The notes below the pieces were generated by a model. That model saw only the letters and a list, made by a program, of their open reading frames with translations, searched no databases and was not told the DNA's origin. A program made the translations under genes and the position numbers. A DNA stretch of 64,000 nt, from the NCBI GenBank assembly GCA_963792965.1, contig CAWBYW010000016.1, forward strand, positions 64,001 through 128,000. The letters are read 5' to 3'. The stretch's first letter is position 1. Every line of letters starts with the position of its first letter. This DNA is from an uncultured delta proteobacterium. Its GTDB lineage: Bacteria > Desulfobacterota > Zymogenia > Zymogenales > Zymogenaceae. Shown one piece after another: positions 41,331 to 51,626 of the stretch.

Positions 41331-43067
41331 ATGTACGACACGATCATAAGGGGCGGCACGGTGATAGATGGCACCGGCGCCGAACCGAAAGAAACCGACA
41401 TCGGCATCGTCGATGGGAAGATCGACACGATCGGGGACCTGAGCGGCGCCCCCGCAACGCAGATTATCCACGCCGCCGGCAGGCTCGTGACTCCCGGCTT
41501 CATAGACATCCACTCACACGCCGACCTGAGCATCCACTTCGACAACCATGAAGAGATCCTGGCCCCCCTCGTGCGTCAGGGGATCACCACGTTCGTGGGC
41601 GGAAACTGCGGCGTAGGGGCGGCGCCGGTTACCAAAGAAAACCGAAGCGATATCCTTGCCTATCTCGAGGCATTTACCATGAGGTCGATGGAGCCTCACA
41701 TCCGCTGGGAGACGGTGGGCGACTTTTTGGAAAAGATGGAGAGGCGCACGACTATCCTTAATATGGGGATGTTGGCCCCCCACGGTATCCTCAGGCTCTC
41801 CGCGGCGGGCTCGGCGCGCAGGCTCGCCAAAAAGGAGGAGCTTTCACGGATGACCCGGCTGCTGGAGCAATCGCTCGAGGAGGGGGCGTTCGGGTTGTCC
41901 ACGGGCCTCCAATACTTCCCCGGCTCCCAGTCCGATACCGATGAGCTCGTCGTCCTCGGCGGGGCACTGAAAAAATACGGGGCCGTCTTCACCTCGCACC
42001 TGAGAAGCTACTCGCACACCCTTCCGCAGGCTATCGACGAGGTCCTCACGGTCGGCAAGAAGAACGATATCCATGTCCAGATTTCACACATATACTGGCA
42101 GCCGTACTCCAAGGCCCTCACGCCGGTCGTGCGGGGACTGGTTCGCGCGGGATCCTTCCTCTATAACCGTCTGTCTCTCCCCATCCCCATTGAGATCGGC
42201 CTGAAACAGCAGTTCGCCCCCATCGACGAGGCGCTGGCCCGGGGAATGCGCCTCGGCGTCGATATCGTCCCCACCTCCCAGGGTTTCACGGAACTGTTGG
42301 CTTTCTTCCCTCCGTGGGTGCTGGAGGGCGGGAGAAGTCAGGCACTTGCACGCCTGGCCGACCCCGAGACCCGAAAGAAGATCCGGCACGACATCGAGCG
42401 CGGTGAGCCCGCCTGGCCTCACCGGGAAGCGGCCGGCTGGTCAATGAACTACCTCAAGATGACCGGCTGGGGAGGTCTGAGGGTGATGAGCGTGGCCTCG
42501 GAGAACAACCGCTTCATGGAGGGGCAATCGTTTGTCGAGCTTGGCGGCGAGACGAAACGGCACCCCTTCGAGGTGATGACGGACCTCCTGGTCGAGGAGC
42601 GCGGCAAAGTCCTCGTCTTCCATACCCCGACGACTCCGGACGACCCCTTCGTGGCACGTTCGATGTATTACGCGTGGTTTCACCCTCACGCCTCCATCAC
42701 GACCGATACGATCCTCCTCGGCATGGGAAGACCTTCCCACCTCTTCTTTGACGCGTACCCCCGCTACCTCTCGCGCTGCTGTCGGGATCAGAAAAGAATC
42801 GAGCTTTCCGAGGCGATTCGCAAGTGCACGTCGCTGCCCGCACGCCAGATCGGGATCACGAAAAGGGGAGAAATCAAAAAGGGGTATGCCGCCGACCTCC
42901 TCGTGATTGACTGGAACAAACTGGCGAGCTCCGCCAGCTTCTACGAGCCCGCGCGAACTCCCACGGGGATCGAGCACGTCCTGATCAATGGTAAGAGCGT
43001 CGTGACCCCCGAGGGTTTCCGGAAGGGACAGAGGGCCGGGAAAGTCTTGAGGCGGGGGAGGGGTTAA
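41331..43067 (+). CDS. N-acyl-D-amino-acid deacylase family amidohydrolase
   Basis: PGFIDIHSHAD, QGITT.VGGNCG, GLSTGL, SHLR, SHI, RGEIKKGYAADL. Confidence 0.88.
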   Translation: MYDTIIRGGTVIDGTGAEPKETDIGIVDGKIDTIGDLSGAPATQIIHAAGRLVTPGFIDIHSHADLSIHFDNHEEILAPLVRQGITTFVGGNCGVGAAPVTKENRSDILAYLEAFTMRSMEPHIRWETVGDFLEKMERRTTILNMGMLAPHGILRLSAAGSARRLAKKEELSRMTRLLEQSLEEGAFGLSTGLQYFPGSQSDTDELVVLGGALKKYGAVFTSHLRSYSHTLPQAIDEVLTVGKKNDIHVQISHIYWQPYSKALTPVVRGLVRAGSFLYNRLSLPIPIEIGLKQQFAPIDEALARGMRLGVDIVPTSQGFTELLAFFPPWVLEGGRSQALARLADPETRKKIRHDIERGEPAWPHREAAGWSMNYLKMTGWGGLRVMSVASENNRFMEGQSFVELGGETKRHPFEVMTDLLVEERGKVLVFHTPTTPDDPFVARSMYYAWFHPHASITTDTILLGMGRPSHLFFDAYPRYLSRCCRDQKRIELSEAIRKCTSLPARQIGITKRGEIKKGYAADLLVIDWNKLASSASFYEPARTPTGIEHVLINGKSVVTPEGFRKGQRAGKVLRRGRG

Positions 43068-43178
43068 GGGCGCCGCAGGTGATCAGGAAGTCTATAGGCC
43101 GTCGGGGCGCGCGTATGCGCACCCCGATGAGTCTCCGCAAGTCTATCGTGTTTGAGTACGATGGGTGAGACGCCCGGG

Positions 43179-43622
43179 TCAGGAAGCGTTCTTCTTATGC
43201 CTCGAAGTGGAGAAACGGCCTTCAGACGGCTCGTCAAGCCACGCCTCGGCCTCCTTGGTGGTTATGAAGTGTCTTACCACATCATTGGAGCCGGTCTCTC
43301 TCGCCAGCCTGCTTGAAGCCTTATGCATTTCGGGGTTGTCGATGATATGCGCCGATTTCCTCAGCCCCTTCCTGAGCGCGTAGCGTTGAGCCTTCGCGAA
43401 TAGCCTGAAAACCTCTTCGGAGGGTATCAGTAGATCTCTCGCGTCGATGAGTGAGGTGAAGCCGGGTTTGAGTCTCGCGGTTGCCTTCACGATGTCGGCA
43501 TAGTAGTCCGGAACGGCCGAGACGCTCTCCCACTTTCCACGGTAGGTGAAATAGATCCTATTCTTCCCCCGATCGACCGAAATCTCATAAAGGCTGTTGC
43601 TTATTATCTCTTCCAAGATCAA
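43179..43622 (-). CDS. STAS/SEC14 (SpoIIAA-like) hypothetical protein
   Basis: KNRIYF..RG.W, GFTSLIDAR, HF.T.KEAEAWLD pattern. Confidence 0.65.
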   Translation of the reverse strand: MILEEIISNSLYEISVDRGKNRIYFTYRGKWESVSAVPDYYADIVKATARLKPGFTSLIDARDLLIPSEEVFRLFAKAQRYALRKGLRKSAHIIDNPEMHKASSRLARETGSNDVVRHFITTKEAEAWLDEPSEGRFSTSRHKKNAS

Positions 43623-43917
43623 ACGCCCCTTTGATCTTCATAGAATTTGAAGTCTATAAATAAATAATAAGCGCAACATGGTGAGTCTTTTCGGTGATTG
43701 TTATCACGTCTACTTAATTCCATGGATCACCCTAAGAGGAGCTGTCGAGCCATGTCTCCGCATCAAACCTGTTGTTGAAGTTTCTCACGACGTCCTTGGA
43801 GCCCGTTTCCCTCACGAGTCCGCCCGATGCCATTTCGATCACCGGCGCATATGCCAACAAAAAAGCAAAAAATGTACCATGAAGGGCCCCGTGAGCGCCG
43901 GGAGGACAATAAAATGA

Positions 43918-43954
43918 CGGTCAAAGAGGCAATCATTTCGGTCAAACAGGCAAT
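43918..43954. repeat. 16-bp direct repeat with 21-bp period
   Basis: CGGTCAAAGAGGCAAT (43918-43933) and CGGTCAAACAGGCAAT (43939-43954). Confidence 0.75.
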
Positions 43955-44407
43955 ATAAGCAGATTCCTAAGGCGGGGAGTACAAAAAACATCATCCCTTC
44001 TCCCCCGATGAAGAAATGGCGGAAATATCCACGATAATTCAATGAGTTACGGCATGACGAATATTTTGCACAGGAAGCAAGCGCATTGTCGGACTATGGA
44101 CGCAGTCCCGGGGGCGGTGGATGAGTGTCGGGCATCCCTCTGTCGTCGCTCAAGGACCGGGGGAGGCCGGCGGCGATCCGGTTAAAGGCGTCCGGGGCGG
44201 CGCGGCTTAAGAGGCGAAGTCGCCTTTGGTGACCCCGGAGATCTCAAACTCGGGGGAAACGCTCCGGACACGCGTCAGTTTTCGATTGCCGTCACGGGGC
44301 AGCAGGTTCGGCCGGCCGCTGTTCTTCATCGATCGTCTTCGTTTAAAACTAAAACAGACCCCAAGGGCCCGGAGACGTCATCAAAGAGATCCGAGGGGGA
44401 GCTCTTT

Positions 44408-47185
44408 TCAGGGACTCTCTTTCTTCCTTCCGTCCAGCATTTCCCTGATCTTCATCATCACCTGCCGGATCTGATACGGCTTTTGAATGAAACCGTCGGC
44501 CCCGGCCGTCATGAGCTCCCGCGCCTCGCCGTTCTCGCTGTAGCCCGACGACACCAGCACGATCACGTTCGGATAGAGCTCTCTGATCCTGTCGAATGTT
44601 TCTCTTCCTCCCATCCGCGGCATGACAAGGTCAAGGATCACCAGATCCACGTTTCCCGCCCGCTCCTTCAGGACAGCCAACGCCTCAGTCCCCCCATCGG
44701 CCGGGAGCACGTGATATCCGAGCTCGGCCAGAATCTCGCCCCACATCTCCCGGACGATCGGCTCGTCATCCACCAACAGGAGCGTCTCACCACCCCCGAG
44801 CCGCATCTCCTCCTTCTTGAGATCCTCCTTCTCGACTTGGACGAAGATCGCCGGGAAATAGAGTCTGAACGTGGCCCCCTTGCCCGGCTCGCTGTAGACG
44901 GTGAGCAGCCCCTGATGATTTTTCACGATCCCCCAGACCGTGGCCAGGCCCATACCGGTACCTCCCGCCTGCTTCTTCGTGGTGAAGAAGGGCTCGAATA
45001 TATGACTCTTATCCTGGGTGGGAATGCCGATGCCGGTATCGGTCACCGAAATGACCGCGTAGTAGCCGACCTTGGAGCCGAGGTGCGCCCGCACAAAATC
45101 TTGATCGAGCTCCTGGTTGTTCGTCTCTATGATCAGCTTTCCTCCCTCCGGCATGGCGTCGCGCGCGTTAATGCAGATGTTGAGGAGGCTCTGCTCGAGC
45201 TGGCCGACGTCGCCCTCGATGACCATAAGGTTGGGGTCGAGGTAGGTCTCGATCTCTATGGACTTGTTGAAGGTGCCACTGATCAGGGGGAGGGCCCTCT
45301 TCACAATGTCGTTGAGAGAAACCCTGACCCGCTTGAATTCCCCGCCGCGGGCGATGTTGAGGAGCTGGCGCGTCAGCTCGGAAGCCTTGACGCTCCCCTC
45401 GTGTATCGTCTTGAGGGCCTTGAAGTCGGGGCTCTTCTCACCTTTTTTGATGAGGAGGTACTCCGAATAGCCCATAATCCCCACCAGGATGTTATTGAAG
45501 TTATGAGCCATGCCGCCGGCCAGGGTCCCGATGGCCTCCATCTTCTGGGCATGCAGCAGCTGATCGTTAAGCTTCACCCGCTCCGCCTCGGCGATCTTCT
45601 GCTGGGTGATGTCCCGGATGAAGCAGAGCGATGAGGGCTTCCCTTCCCATTCGGTGAAAACGACGCTTATATCCACGTTCAGAATCGTCTTGTCTTTGGC
45701 AATCACCCGAAACTCATATCTGCCGGGAGGGCTCTCCCCTCCCAATCGTTTCAGGTAGTTGTTCAGCACGCGCTCCCTATCGTCGGGGTGAACGACTTCT
45801 ACGAAGGGGCGGTTCATCAACTCCTCCTGACCGTAGCCGAGCAGACTCAAGACCCGCCGATTGAAAAAGACCATATTCAGATCGCTGACGACGACGATGC
45901 CATCGTTGCTGCTCTCCACCAGGACGCGATAGCGCTCCTCGGAGCTTCTCAGTCGGTGGAGCGTTTCCTCAAGCTCCTTTTCGACTTTTTTCCGCTCCGA
46001 TATGTCGATGAAAACCCCCTGGATCGCCTTCTCACCGAGGTACTCGATATTGCTGCCGTAGATGAGTATCGGAACGATATCGCCGTCTTTCCTGACAACC
46101 TTCACCTCGTACCCGCTCGGAACATCCTCCCCAAGGGCCCTCCGCCGGGCGCGCTCCGCAACAAGCGGCCTGTCGTCCTCATGGATGAAATCCATAATGT
46201 TGGTCCCCAGTATCTCTTCGACCTCGAAGCCGAGCATCCGGGCGGCTTCCTTGCCCGCATATCTGATACTTCCGCCCACATGGATGAAGATTCCGACCGG
46301 AACGCTGTCGGCAATAGCCCTGTATTTTTCCTCCGACTGCCTCAGCTGCTCTTCGCGGATCTTGCGATCGGTGATGTTGTGGAGCACATTGACGACATGA
46401 GTTACCACCCCGTCATTGACTATCGGTATCCTCCTCTTTTCCACCGAAAGCGTGCCGGTACCAAGGTTCATCAGGCCTTCGGTGACGAGGGGCTTGCCCG
46501 TTTCGATGACGTCGCGGAATTCCGCCTCGACGTCGTAGCCCAGCTCAATGTTTATCTCGGTGATCTTCCTGCCGATGCTCCCACGGAAGTCTACGCCGAG
46601 CATTTTCGCGTACGTGTCGATCCGCTCGTTGATATAGACGATAACGAGATCCCGATCCACGACGTATACTGAATCGCCGAGGTGATCCAGCGTCTTGCGA
46701 TAGCGCGCCTCCGATTCCGAGAGAGCGGCCATGGCTTGCTGATAATCGGTCATATCAATGCACGACGCGACGATGCCCATGAAAACCCCGTCATAATCCA
46801 TAAGACGGGAGCCGGCCATCGAAACGGGGAACGTACTATTGTCCTTTCGCTTCCCGACGACATCTCCCCGCCACGTCCCTTCGCGATAGATGGTCTTGAT
46901 GATCCTTTCAATCTGTTCGGGGCTCACCGATAAGAAATCGTCGGGGCCCTTCCCGATTACGTCATCGATCGAGTCCTGCCCCCACAGCCGTAGCATGGCC
47001 GGGTTGACATACTGAATCCTCCAGTTGTTATCGGTGATAACCACGCCCCCGAGACAGCGATCCACCGCCTGAGCAATCCCCGTCGTCGACCCGGGAAGCT
47101 TGCCGGGGTCCTGCCCTTGAGTGAGAGAGGCGATCCTTTTTTTCAGCGCCTCGTTTTCTTTTCTGAGTCTTGTCAATTCGTCCAT
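44408..47185 (-). CDS. cytoplasmic (PAS)x4 hybrid histidine kinase, CckA-like
   Basis: QKMEAIGTLAGGMAHNFNN, NARDAMPEGG, FEPFFTTK, GTGMGL, ILDLVMP REC. Confidence 0.93.
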   Translation of the reverse strand: MDELTRLRKENEALKKRIASLTQGQDPGKLPGSTTGIAQAVDRCLGGVVITDNNWRIQYVNPAMLRLWGQDSIDDVIGKGPDDFLSVSPEQIERIIKTIYREGTWRGDVVGKRKDNSTFPVSMAGSRLMDYDGVFMGIVASCIDMTDYQQAMAALSESEARYRKTLDHLGDSVYVVDRDLVIVYINERIDTYAKMLGVDFRGSIGRKITEINIELGYDVEAEFRDVIETGKPLVTEGLMNLGTGTLSVEKRRIPIVNDGVVTHVVNVLHNITDRKIREEQLRQSEEKYRAIADSVPVGIFIHVGGSIRYAGKEAARMLGFEVEEILGTNIMDFIHEDDRPLVAERARRRALGEDVPSGYEVKVVRKDGDIVPILIYGSNIEYLGEKAIQGVFIDISERKKVEKELEETLHRLRSSEERYRVLVESSNDGIVVVSDLNMVFFNRRVLSLLGYGQEELMNRPFVEVVHPDDRERVLNNYLKRLGGESPPGRYEFRVIAKDKTILNVDISVVFTEWEGKPSSLCFIRDITQQKIAEAERVKLNDQLLHAQKMEAIGTLAGGMAHNFNNILVGIMGYSEYLLIKKGEKSPDFKALKTIHEGSVKASELTRQLLNIARGGEFKRVRVSLNDIVKRALPLISGTFNKSIEIETYLDPNLMVIEGDVGQLEQSLLNICINARDAMPEGGKLIIETNNQELDQDFVRAHLGSKVGYYAVISVTDTGIGIPTQDKSHIFEPFFTTKKQAGGTGMGLATVWGIVKNHQGLLTVYSEPGKGATFRLYFPAIFVQVEKEDLKKEEMRLGGGETLLLVDDEPIVREMWGEILAELGYHVLPADGGTEALAVLKERAGNVDLVILDLVMPRMGGRETFDRIRELYPNVIVLVSSGYSENGEARELMTAGADGFIQKPYQIRQVMMKIREMLDGRKKESP

Positions 47186-47441
47186 GGCCCAGCCTAAAAA
47201 CGTCTTTACATCCCGCCGCGATGACGAAGGAGAAGGAAGATATGCCGGATAATAGCAGAAAATACAAGTAATCTCAAGGAAGTACTGTGCGGAAAACGAG
47301 ACGCGTCGACGGGATCAGGGGCCTGCTGAAAGATATGATTTTGAGGGCATGATGGGGGAGAGAGCCGCAGAAACTCGTTTTTGCCGGTACGCCGGCACAA
47401 ACGCTGGAAAGCCATCCGCAAGACTCGATCATGACCCGACG

Positions 47442-47987
47442 TTACGCGTCGTCCTCTGCTTTCTGCCTATCTAAAAAGAGCCCTGCATTGACGACCGCTC
47501 CGAGCAGCGCCGACATGCTGTTTATTAATACGTCGCGGGCGCTGAATATCTTCAGAGACAGCAACACCTGTATATATTCATCCGATCCCACCACGATGAC
47601 GCCCAGCGCCACCACGACGCCGTAGACGACGGCCAGGCTCACTCCCCACATCGATGCGGCCCACCCAATCAGACCTCCGAGGATGGAGAATTCGATAAGA
47701 TGGAGCTTTTCTTCGGGGCCGTACAACAACCTCATGACGAAGAAGAGGGCAATTGAGACCACGATCAAGAAGAGAAACCGCCAAGGCTGTTTCTCCTTCG
47801 AAACAAACGTAAGGTAAACCAGAAACAGGGCGATAATGGCGTAAGGAAACAGCGACAATATGAGGTCGAGACGATAGCCGAAGAGGGCTTCTCCTGCGGA
47901 CAAGACCATCACCGGATCACCGAGGGAAGTCAGAATCAGCGTGCAATAGAGCGCTGTGATGATGAGGGCGAATTGCTTTTGGGACAT
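47442..47987 (-). CDS. VanZ-like membrane protein
   Basis: EKLHLIEFSILG, DEYIQ, DVLINS; several TM helices. Confidence 0.75.
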   Translation of the reverse strand: MSQKQFALIITALYCTLILTSLGDPVMVLSAGEALFGYRLDLILSLFPYAIIALFLVYLTFVSKEKQPWRFLFLIVVSIALFFVMRLLYGPEEKLHLIEFSILGGLIGWAASMWGVSLAVVYGVVVALGVIVVGSDEYIQVLLSLKIFSARDVLINSMSALLGAVVNAGLFLDRQKAEDDA

Positions 47988-48011
47988 GTGCCTTCCTCAT
48001 GGATTTTGACC

Positions 48012-48040
48012 ATACTAACCGGGAACAGTTAAGGTGTCAA
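48012..48040 (-). promoter_or_regulatory. sigma70 promoter of the VanZ-like gene
   Basis: TTGACA-17 nt-TAGTAT on the minus strand. Confidence 0.6.
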
Positions 48041-48061
48041 TAGAGAATATGTGTCTTGGTC

Positions 48062-48090
48062 TTGACAAAGGTGACCACTTAACATATCAT
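48062..48090 (+). promoter_or_regulatory. sigma70 promoter of the LonC-type gene
   Basis: TTGACA-17 nt-TATCAT. Confidence 0.65.
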
Positions 48091-48127
48091 TTAACTATAT
48101 TGTTCATTCTCATATGGAGCGGCCATT

Positions 48128-50587
48128 ATGATCGATATTAGCTCTCGAAGGGTACCTCAGGAAAAACTCCGGTGGAAATGCGACCCTGGCCTCTTTTCAT
48201 TCAAGACAACGGCTCAGATACCTCCGCTGGACGGGATTCTCGGCCAGGACCGGGCGCTGACCGCGCTCAAGACGGGTCTGGAGATCGAGAGCCCGGGCTA
48301 TAATATCTTCGTGGCGGGCCTGACCGGAACGGGGAGAACCACCACCATCAAGAAGACCCTCGAGAAGTTCCTGAAACCCGGCCCCGCTCCCGATGATATA
48401 CTCTATGTCCACAATTTCAAGAATCCCGACAGTCCCAAGGCCCTCCAGATGCCGGCCGGTGATGGCTCTCGATTCAAGAAGGCTATGGAGTCCCTCATCG
48501 CCGGCCTGGTGACCTCCATCCCCCAGGTGCTGGCCAGCCAGGAATTCAAGAACAGCATCAAAAATACGGTTGAAGAGTACCGAAACCGGCAAAAGGAGTT
48601 GGTCAATCGCATTAAGCTCCGATCCCAGGAGGAGGGGTTTTCCCTCGTCCAGGTGCAGATGGGCCCCTTTCAGCGCCCCGTGCTTATGCCCAACTTTCAG
48701 AACCAGCCCACCCCCCTCGAGAAGCTGGAGAGCATGGTCGAGTCCGGGGAATTTCCCAAAGAACGGTTCGAGGAGCTGAAGGAAAAATCGTTTCAGCTCA
48801 ACAACGAACTGGAGAATATCCAGCGGGCCACTATGGATATCGAAAAGGAGATGCGAAAGGGCATAGAGAACCTCGAGGTTGAGGCGATCCGCCCCTTCGT
48901 CGAGGAGCAGGTAAAGGCGATCGCGGCCTCTTTTCCCTCCGAAAAGGTCGGCCAATACCTCGAGGATTTGAAAAGCGATATCATCGAAAACGTCTCATTC
49001 TTCAAGGAGGAAGAGGCGCCTCAGACGCCTCAGATGCCCTTTCCGTTCATGCCGCCGGGTCAGGAGCGCAGCCCCCTGTGGCGGTATGAGGTAAACCTCC
49101 TGGTGGACAACTCCGAGACGAAAGGGAGGCCCGTGATCCTCGAGACCAACCCATCGTTCACCAACCTCTTCGGGATGATCGAGCGCTCCATAGACCGCAC
49201 GGGCACCCTGCTGACCGACTTCACGAAACTGAAGGCCGGCAGCATTCACAAGGCCAACGGCGGCTACCTGGTCCTCAACGCATTCGACGTCCTCACGGAG
49301 CCCGGGGGATGGAGGGGCCTCAAGCGCGTTATCAAAAACCGAAAGATCGATTTTCAGCATGTCGAGCCGCTGCTGCTTTTCGCCACGCTCGCCCTCAAGC
49401 CGGAGCCGATCGACGGCAACGTCAAGGTCATCATGGTGGGTGACCCCTACGTCTACTACCTCCTCCTGGGCCAGGACGACGACTTCCAGACGATCTTCAA
49501 GATCAAATCCGACTTCGATCCGGTAATGGAAAAGAGCGAGGTGAACATCAACGGTTACGCCGCGTTCGTCAAGAAGATCACCGAGGAGGAAAACCTCCCC
49601 GCCTTTGCCAACACGGCCGTCGCCGCCCTCGTCGAGCACGGGGTCAGGGAGGGAAGATCCCAAAACAAGATCTCAAGCCGCCTTGCGGACGTGGCCGATC
49701 TCATCCGGGAATCGTCTTATTGGTCCAGGGCCGACGGCAAGGACGTCGTCGAGGGAGTTCACGTCGAGCGGGCGTTCATGGAGAAGATCAAGCGCCTCGA
49801 TATGGTCCACGATAAAATGAAAGAGCGGATCAAGGAAGGCGTATTGATGATCGACACCGAGGGCAAAAAGGTGGGCCAGGTAAACGGCCTTGCCGTGTAC
49901 GGGCTGGGCAACATCAGCTTCGGCATGCCCAGCAGGATCACGGCCGTCACGTCGCTCGGGCGGGCGGGGATCATCAACATCGAGCGGGAGGCCAAGCTCT
50001 CCGGCAGCACACACGACAAGGGAGTCCTGATCCTCTCGGGCTACCTGAGGGGACGCTACGCGCAGGACGGGCCGATGACGCTGTCGGCCTCGCTCTGTTT
50101 CGAGCAGTCATACTACGGCGTGGACGGCGACAGCGCTTCCTCGACCGAGCTCTACGCCCTCATCTCGAGCATCACGGATCTGCCGCTGCGCCAGGACATC
50201 GCCGTCACCGGCTCGGTCAACCAGAAGGGGCAGGTGCAGCCCATCGGCGGGATCAACGAGAAGATCGAGGGTTTCTTTGACGTCTGCAAAGACCGCGGCC
50301 TCTCCGGCACCCAGGGGGTGATGATGCCCACGACAAACGTCGATGACCTGATGCTGCGGCCCGATATCGTGGACGCGGTGAAGGCGGGGAAATTCCACAT
50401 CTACCAGGTCTCCTCCATCGACGAGGGGATCGAGATCCTCACCGGCATCACCGCGGGCCAGAAGGGAAAGGACGGTAAATTCCCCGCGGGCACGGTCAAC
50501 GCGCTGATGATCGAGAAGCTGCGCGAGATCCATAAGAAGACTCAAGGATGTGGACAAGACCGACGAGAAGGAGAAGAAGGACAATAA
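48128..50587 (+). CDS. Lon-like S16 protease, LonC type (true stop probably 50598 after an indel near 50535)
   Basis: GQDRA, GLTGTGRT, HKANGGYL, GQVNGLAV, HDKGV, FEQSY.GVDGDSAS, NEKIEGFF. Confidence 0.9.
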   Translation: MIDISSRRVPQEKLRWKCDPGLFSFKTTAQIPPLDGILGQDRALTALKTGLEIESPGYNIFVAGLTGTGRTTTIKKTLEKFLKPGPAPDDILYVHNFKNPDSPKALQMPAGDGSRFKKAMESLIAGLVTSIPQVLASQEFKNSIKNTVEEYRNRQKELVNRIKLRSQEEGFSLVQVQMGPFQRPVLMPNFQNQPTPLEKLESMVESGEFPKERFEELKEKSFQLNNELENIQRATMDIEKEMRKGIENLEVEAIRPFVEEQVKAIAASFPSEKVGQYLEDLKSDIIENVSFFKEEEAPQTPQMPFPFMPPGQERSPLWRYEVNLLVDNSETKGRPVILETNPSFTNLFGMIERSIDRTGTLLTDFTKLKAGSIHKANGGYLVLNAFDVLTEPGGWRGLKRVIKNRKIDFQHVEPLLLFATLALKPEPIDGNVKVIMVGDPYVYYLLLGQDDDFQTIFKIKSDFDPVMEKSEVNINGYAAFVKKITEEENLPAFANTAVAALVEHGVREGRSQNKISSRLADVADLIRESSYWSRADGKDVVEGVHVERAFMEKIKRLDMVHDKMKERIKEGVLMIDTEGKKVGQVNGLAVYGLGNISFGMPSRITAVTSLGRAGIINIEREAKLSGSTHDKGVLILSGYLRGRYAQDGPMTLSASLCFEQSYYGVDGDSASSTELYALISSITDLPLRQDIAVTGSVNQKGQVQPIGGINEKIEGFFDVCKDRGLSGTQGVMMPTTNVDDLMLRPDIVDAVKAGKFHIYQVSSIDEGIEILTGITAGQKGKDGKFPAGTVNALMIEKLREIHKKTQGCGQDRREGEEGQ

Positions 50588-50768
50588 GGAAGAGTAGGAT
50601 CTTTTATCTTTTCACCGAGAGGCAATTCGACTTTCCGCGCCGCTTACAGCTCACGTAACCGGCGCGTTGTCGTTGGCGCACGCAAGGTTAACGGTGATCC
50701 ATCTCCCGGTGGATTTCATACTGACTGCTCGTCACGATTCGGACGAGCGGCGGATACCGGGCTGGAAA

Positions 50769-51626
50769 TCAGTCTCCCCCTCCCTCCACCACCTTTCTCT
50801 TTTTTATCCCCTTCTCGGCGTACATCGCCCGATCGGCCCCGTGGATCAGCTCCTCGGCCGAGCCGTCTGTATTGAGGCACGCGATCCCCGCGCTGATGCC
50901 GATCTCCGAGAATAGCTCGGTCACCTGCTCGACGATTCTGTCGGCGACGCTCCTGGCCTTCTCTTCGTCGGAATGGGGCAGGATGACGGTAAACTCGTCG
51001 CCGCCGTACCGGAAGGCGGTGTCGGTGTCCTTCCTGATAGAGCCCGCCACGATCCGGGCGACGGCCACCAGCACGTCGTTGCCGGCAAGGTGTCCGTGCG
51101 CGTCGTTGTATTGTTTAAAATCATCAAGGTCCAGCATCATGAGCGAGAGGGGATATCCCGCGCGCCGCGCTCGTTTTACCTCCTCTGCGATCTTCTTGGT
51201 AAAATAGCGGTGGTTGAACAGCCCCGTCAAGTCGTCGGTGATCGAGAGTTGAAAGAGCATGTCCTCGATCCTTTTCTTGTGGGTGAGGTCCACGCAGGTG
51301 TTGACGACAAAGACCGGCTCGTCATTCTCGTTTTTCACAACATCGGAGGTAAGCCGGACGGGAAAGACCGTGCCGTCTTTCTTTACGTTGACGGTCTCCC
51401 GGGCGAAAAAGCGGATCCGGCATATCTCGTCGCGCGTCATGGGCTTCCATATATCGGGGGGCGCAAAGATACGCGACTGCTTGCCGATAAGCTCCTCGAC
51501 GCTCCAGCCGTGAATCGTCGCGTCAATGGGATTGGTATAGATGATCATCCCGTCGAGATCGGTTATGGTAATCCCAATTTCCATCGGTATCACCCGCCCG
51601 AGAGGCACAGGGGTTTTAGTATCCAC
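50769..51626 (-). CDS. PAS-GGDEF diguanylate cyclase
   Basis: PAS, DDLTGLFN, DLDDFKQYND, RYGGDEF, ADRAMY. Confidence 0.92.
   Translation of the reverse strand: MDTKTPVPLGRVIPMEIGITITDLDGMIIYTNPIDATIHGWSVEELIGKQSRIFAPPDIWKPMTRDEICRIRFFARETVNVKKDGTVFPVRLTSDVVKNENDEPVFVVNTCVDLTHKKRIEDMLFQLSITDDLTGLFNHRYFTKKIAEEVKRARRAGYPLSLMMLDLDDFKQYNDAHGHLAGNDVLVAVARIVAGSIRKDTDTAFRYGGDEFTVILPHSDEEKARSVADRIVEQVTELFSEIGISAGIACLNTDGSAEELIHGADRAMYAEKGIKKRKVVEGGGD

Noticed and set aside
45490-45520. H-box AHNFNN instead of AHDFNN in the CckA-like kinase
   Set aside because: A single substitution with all other kinase boxes intact; not enough to infer altered function.
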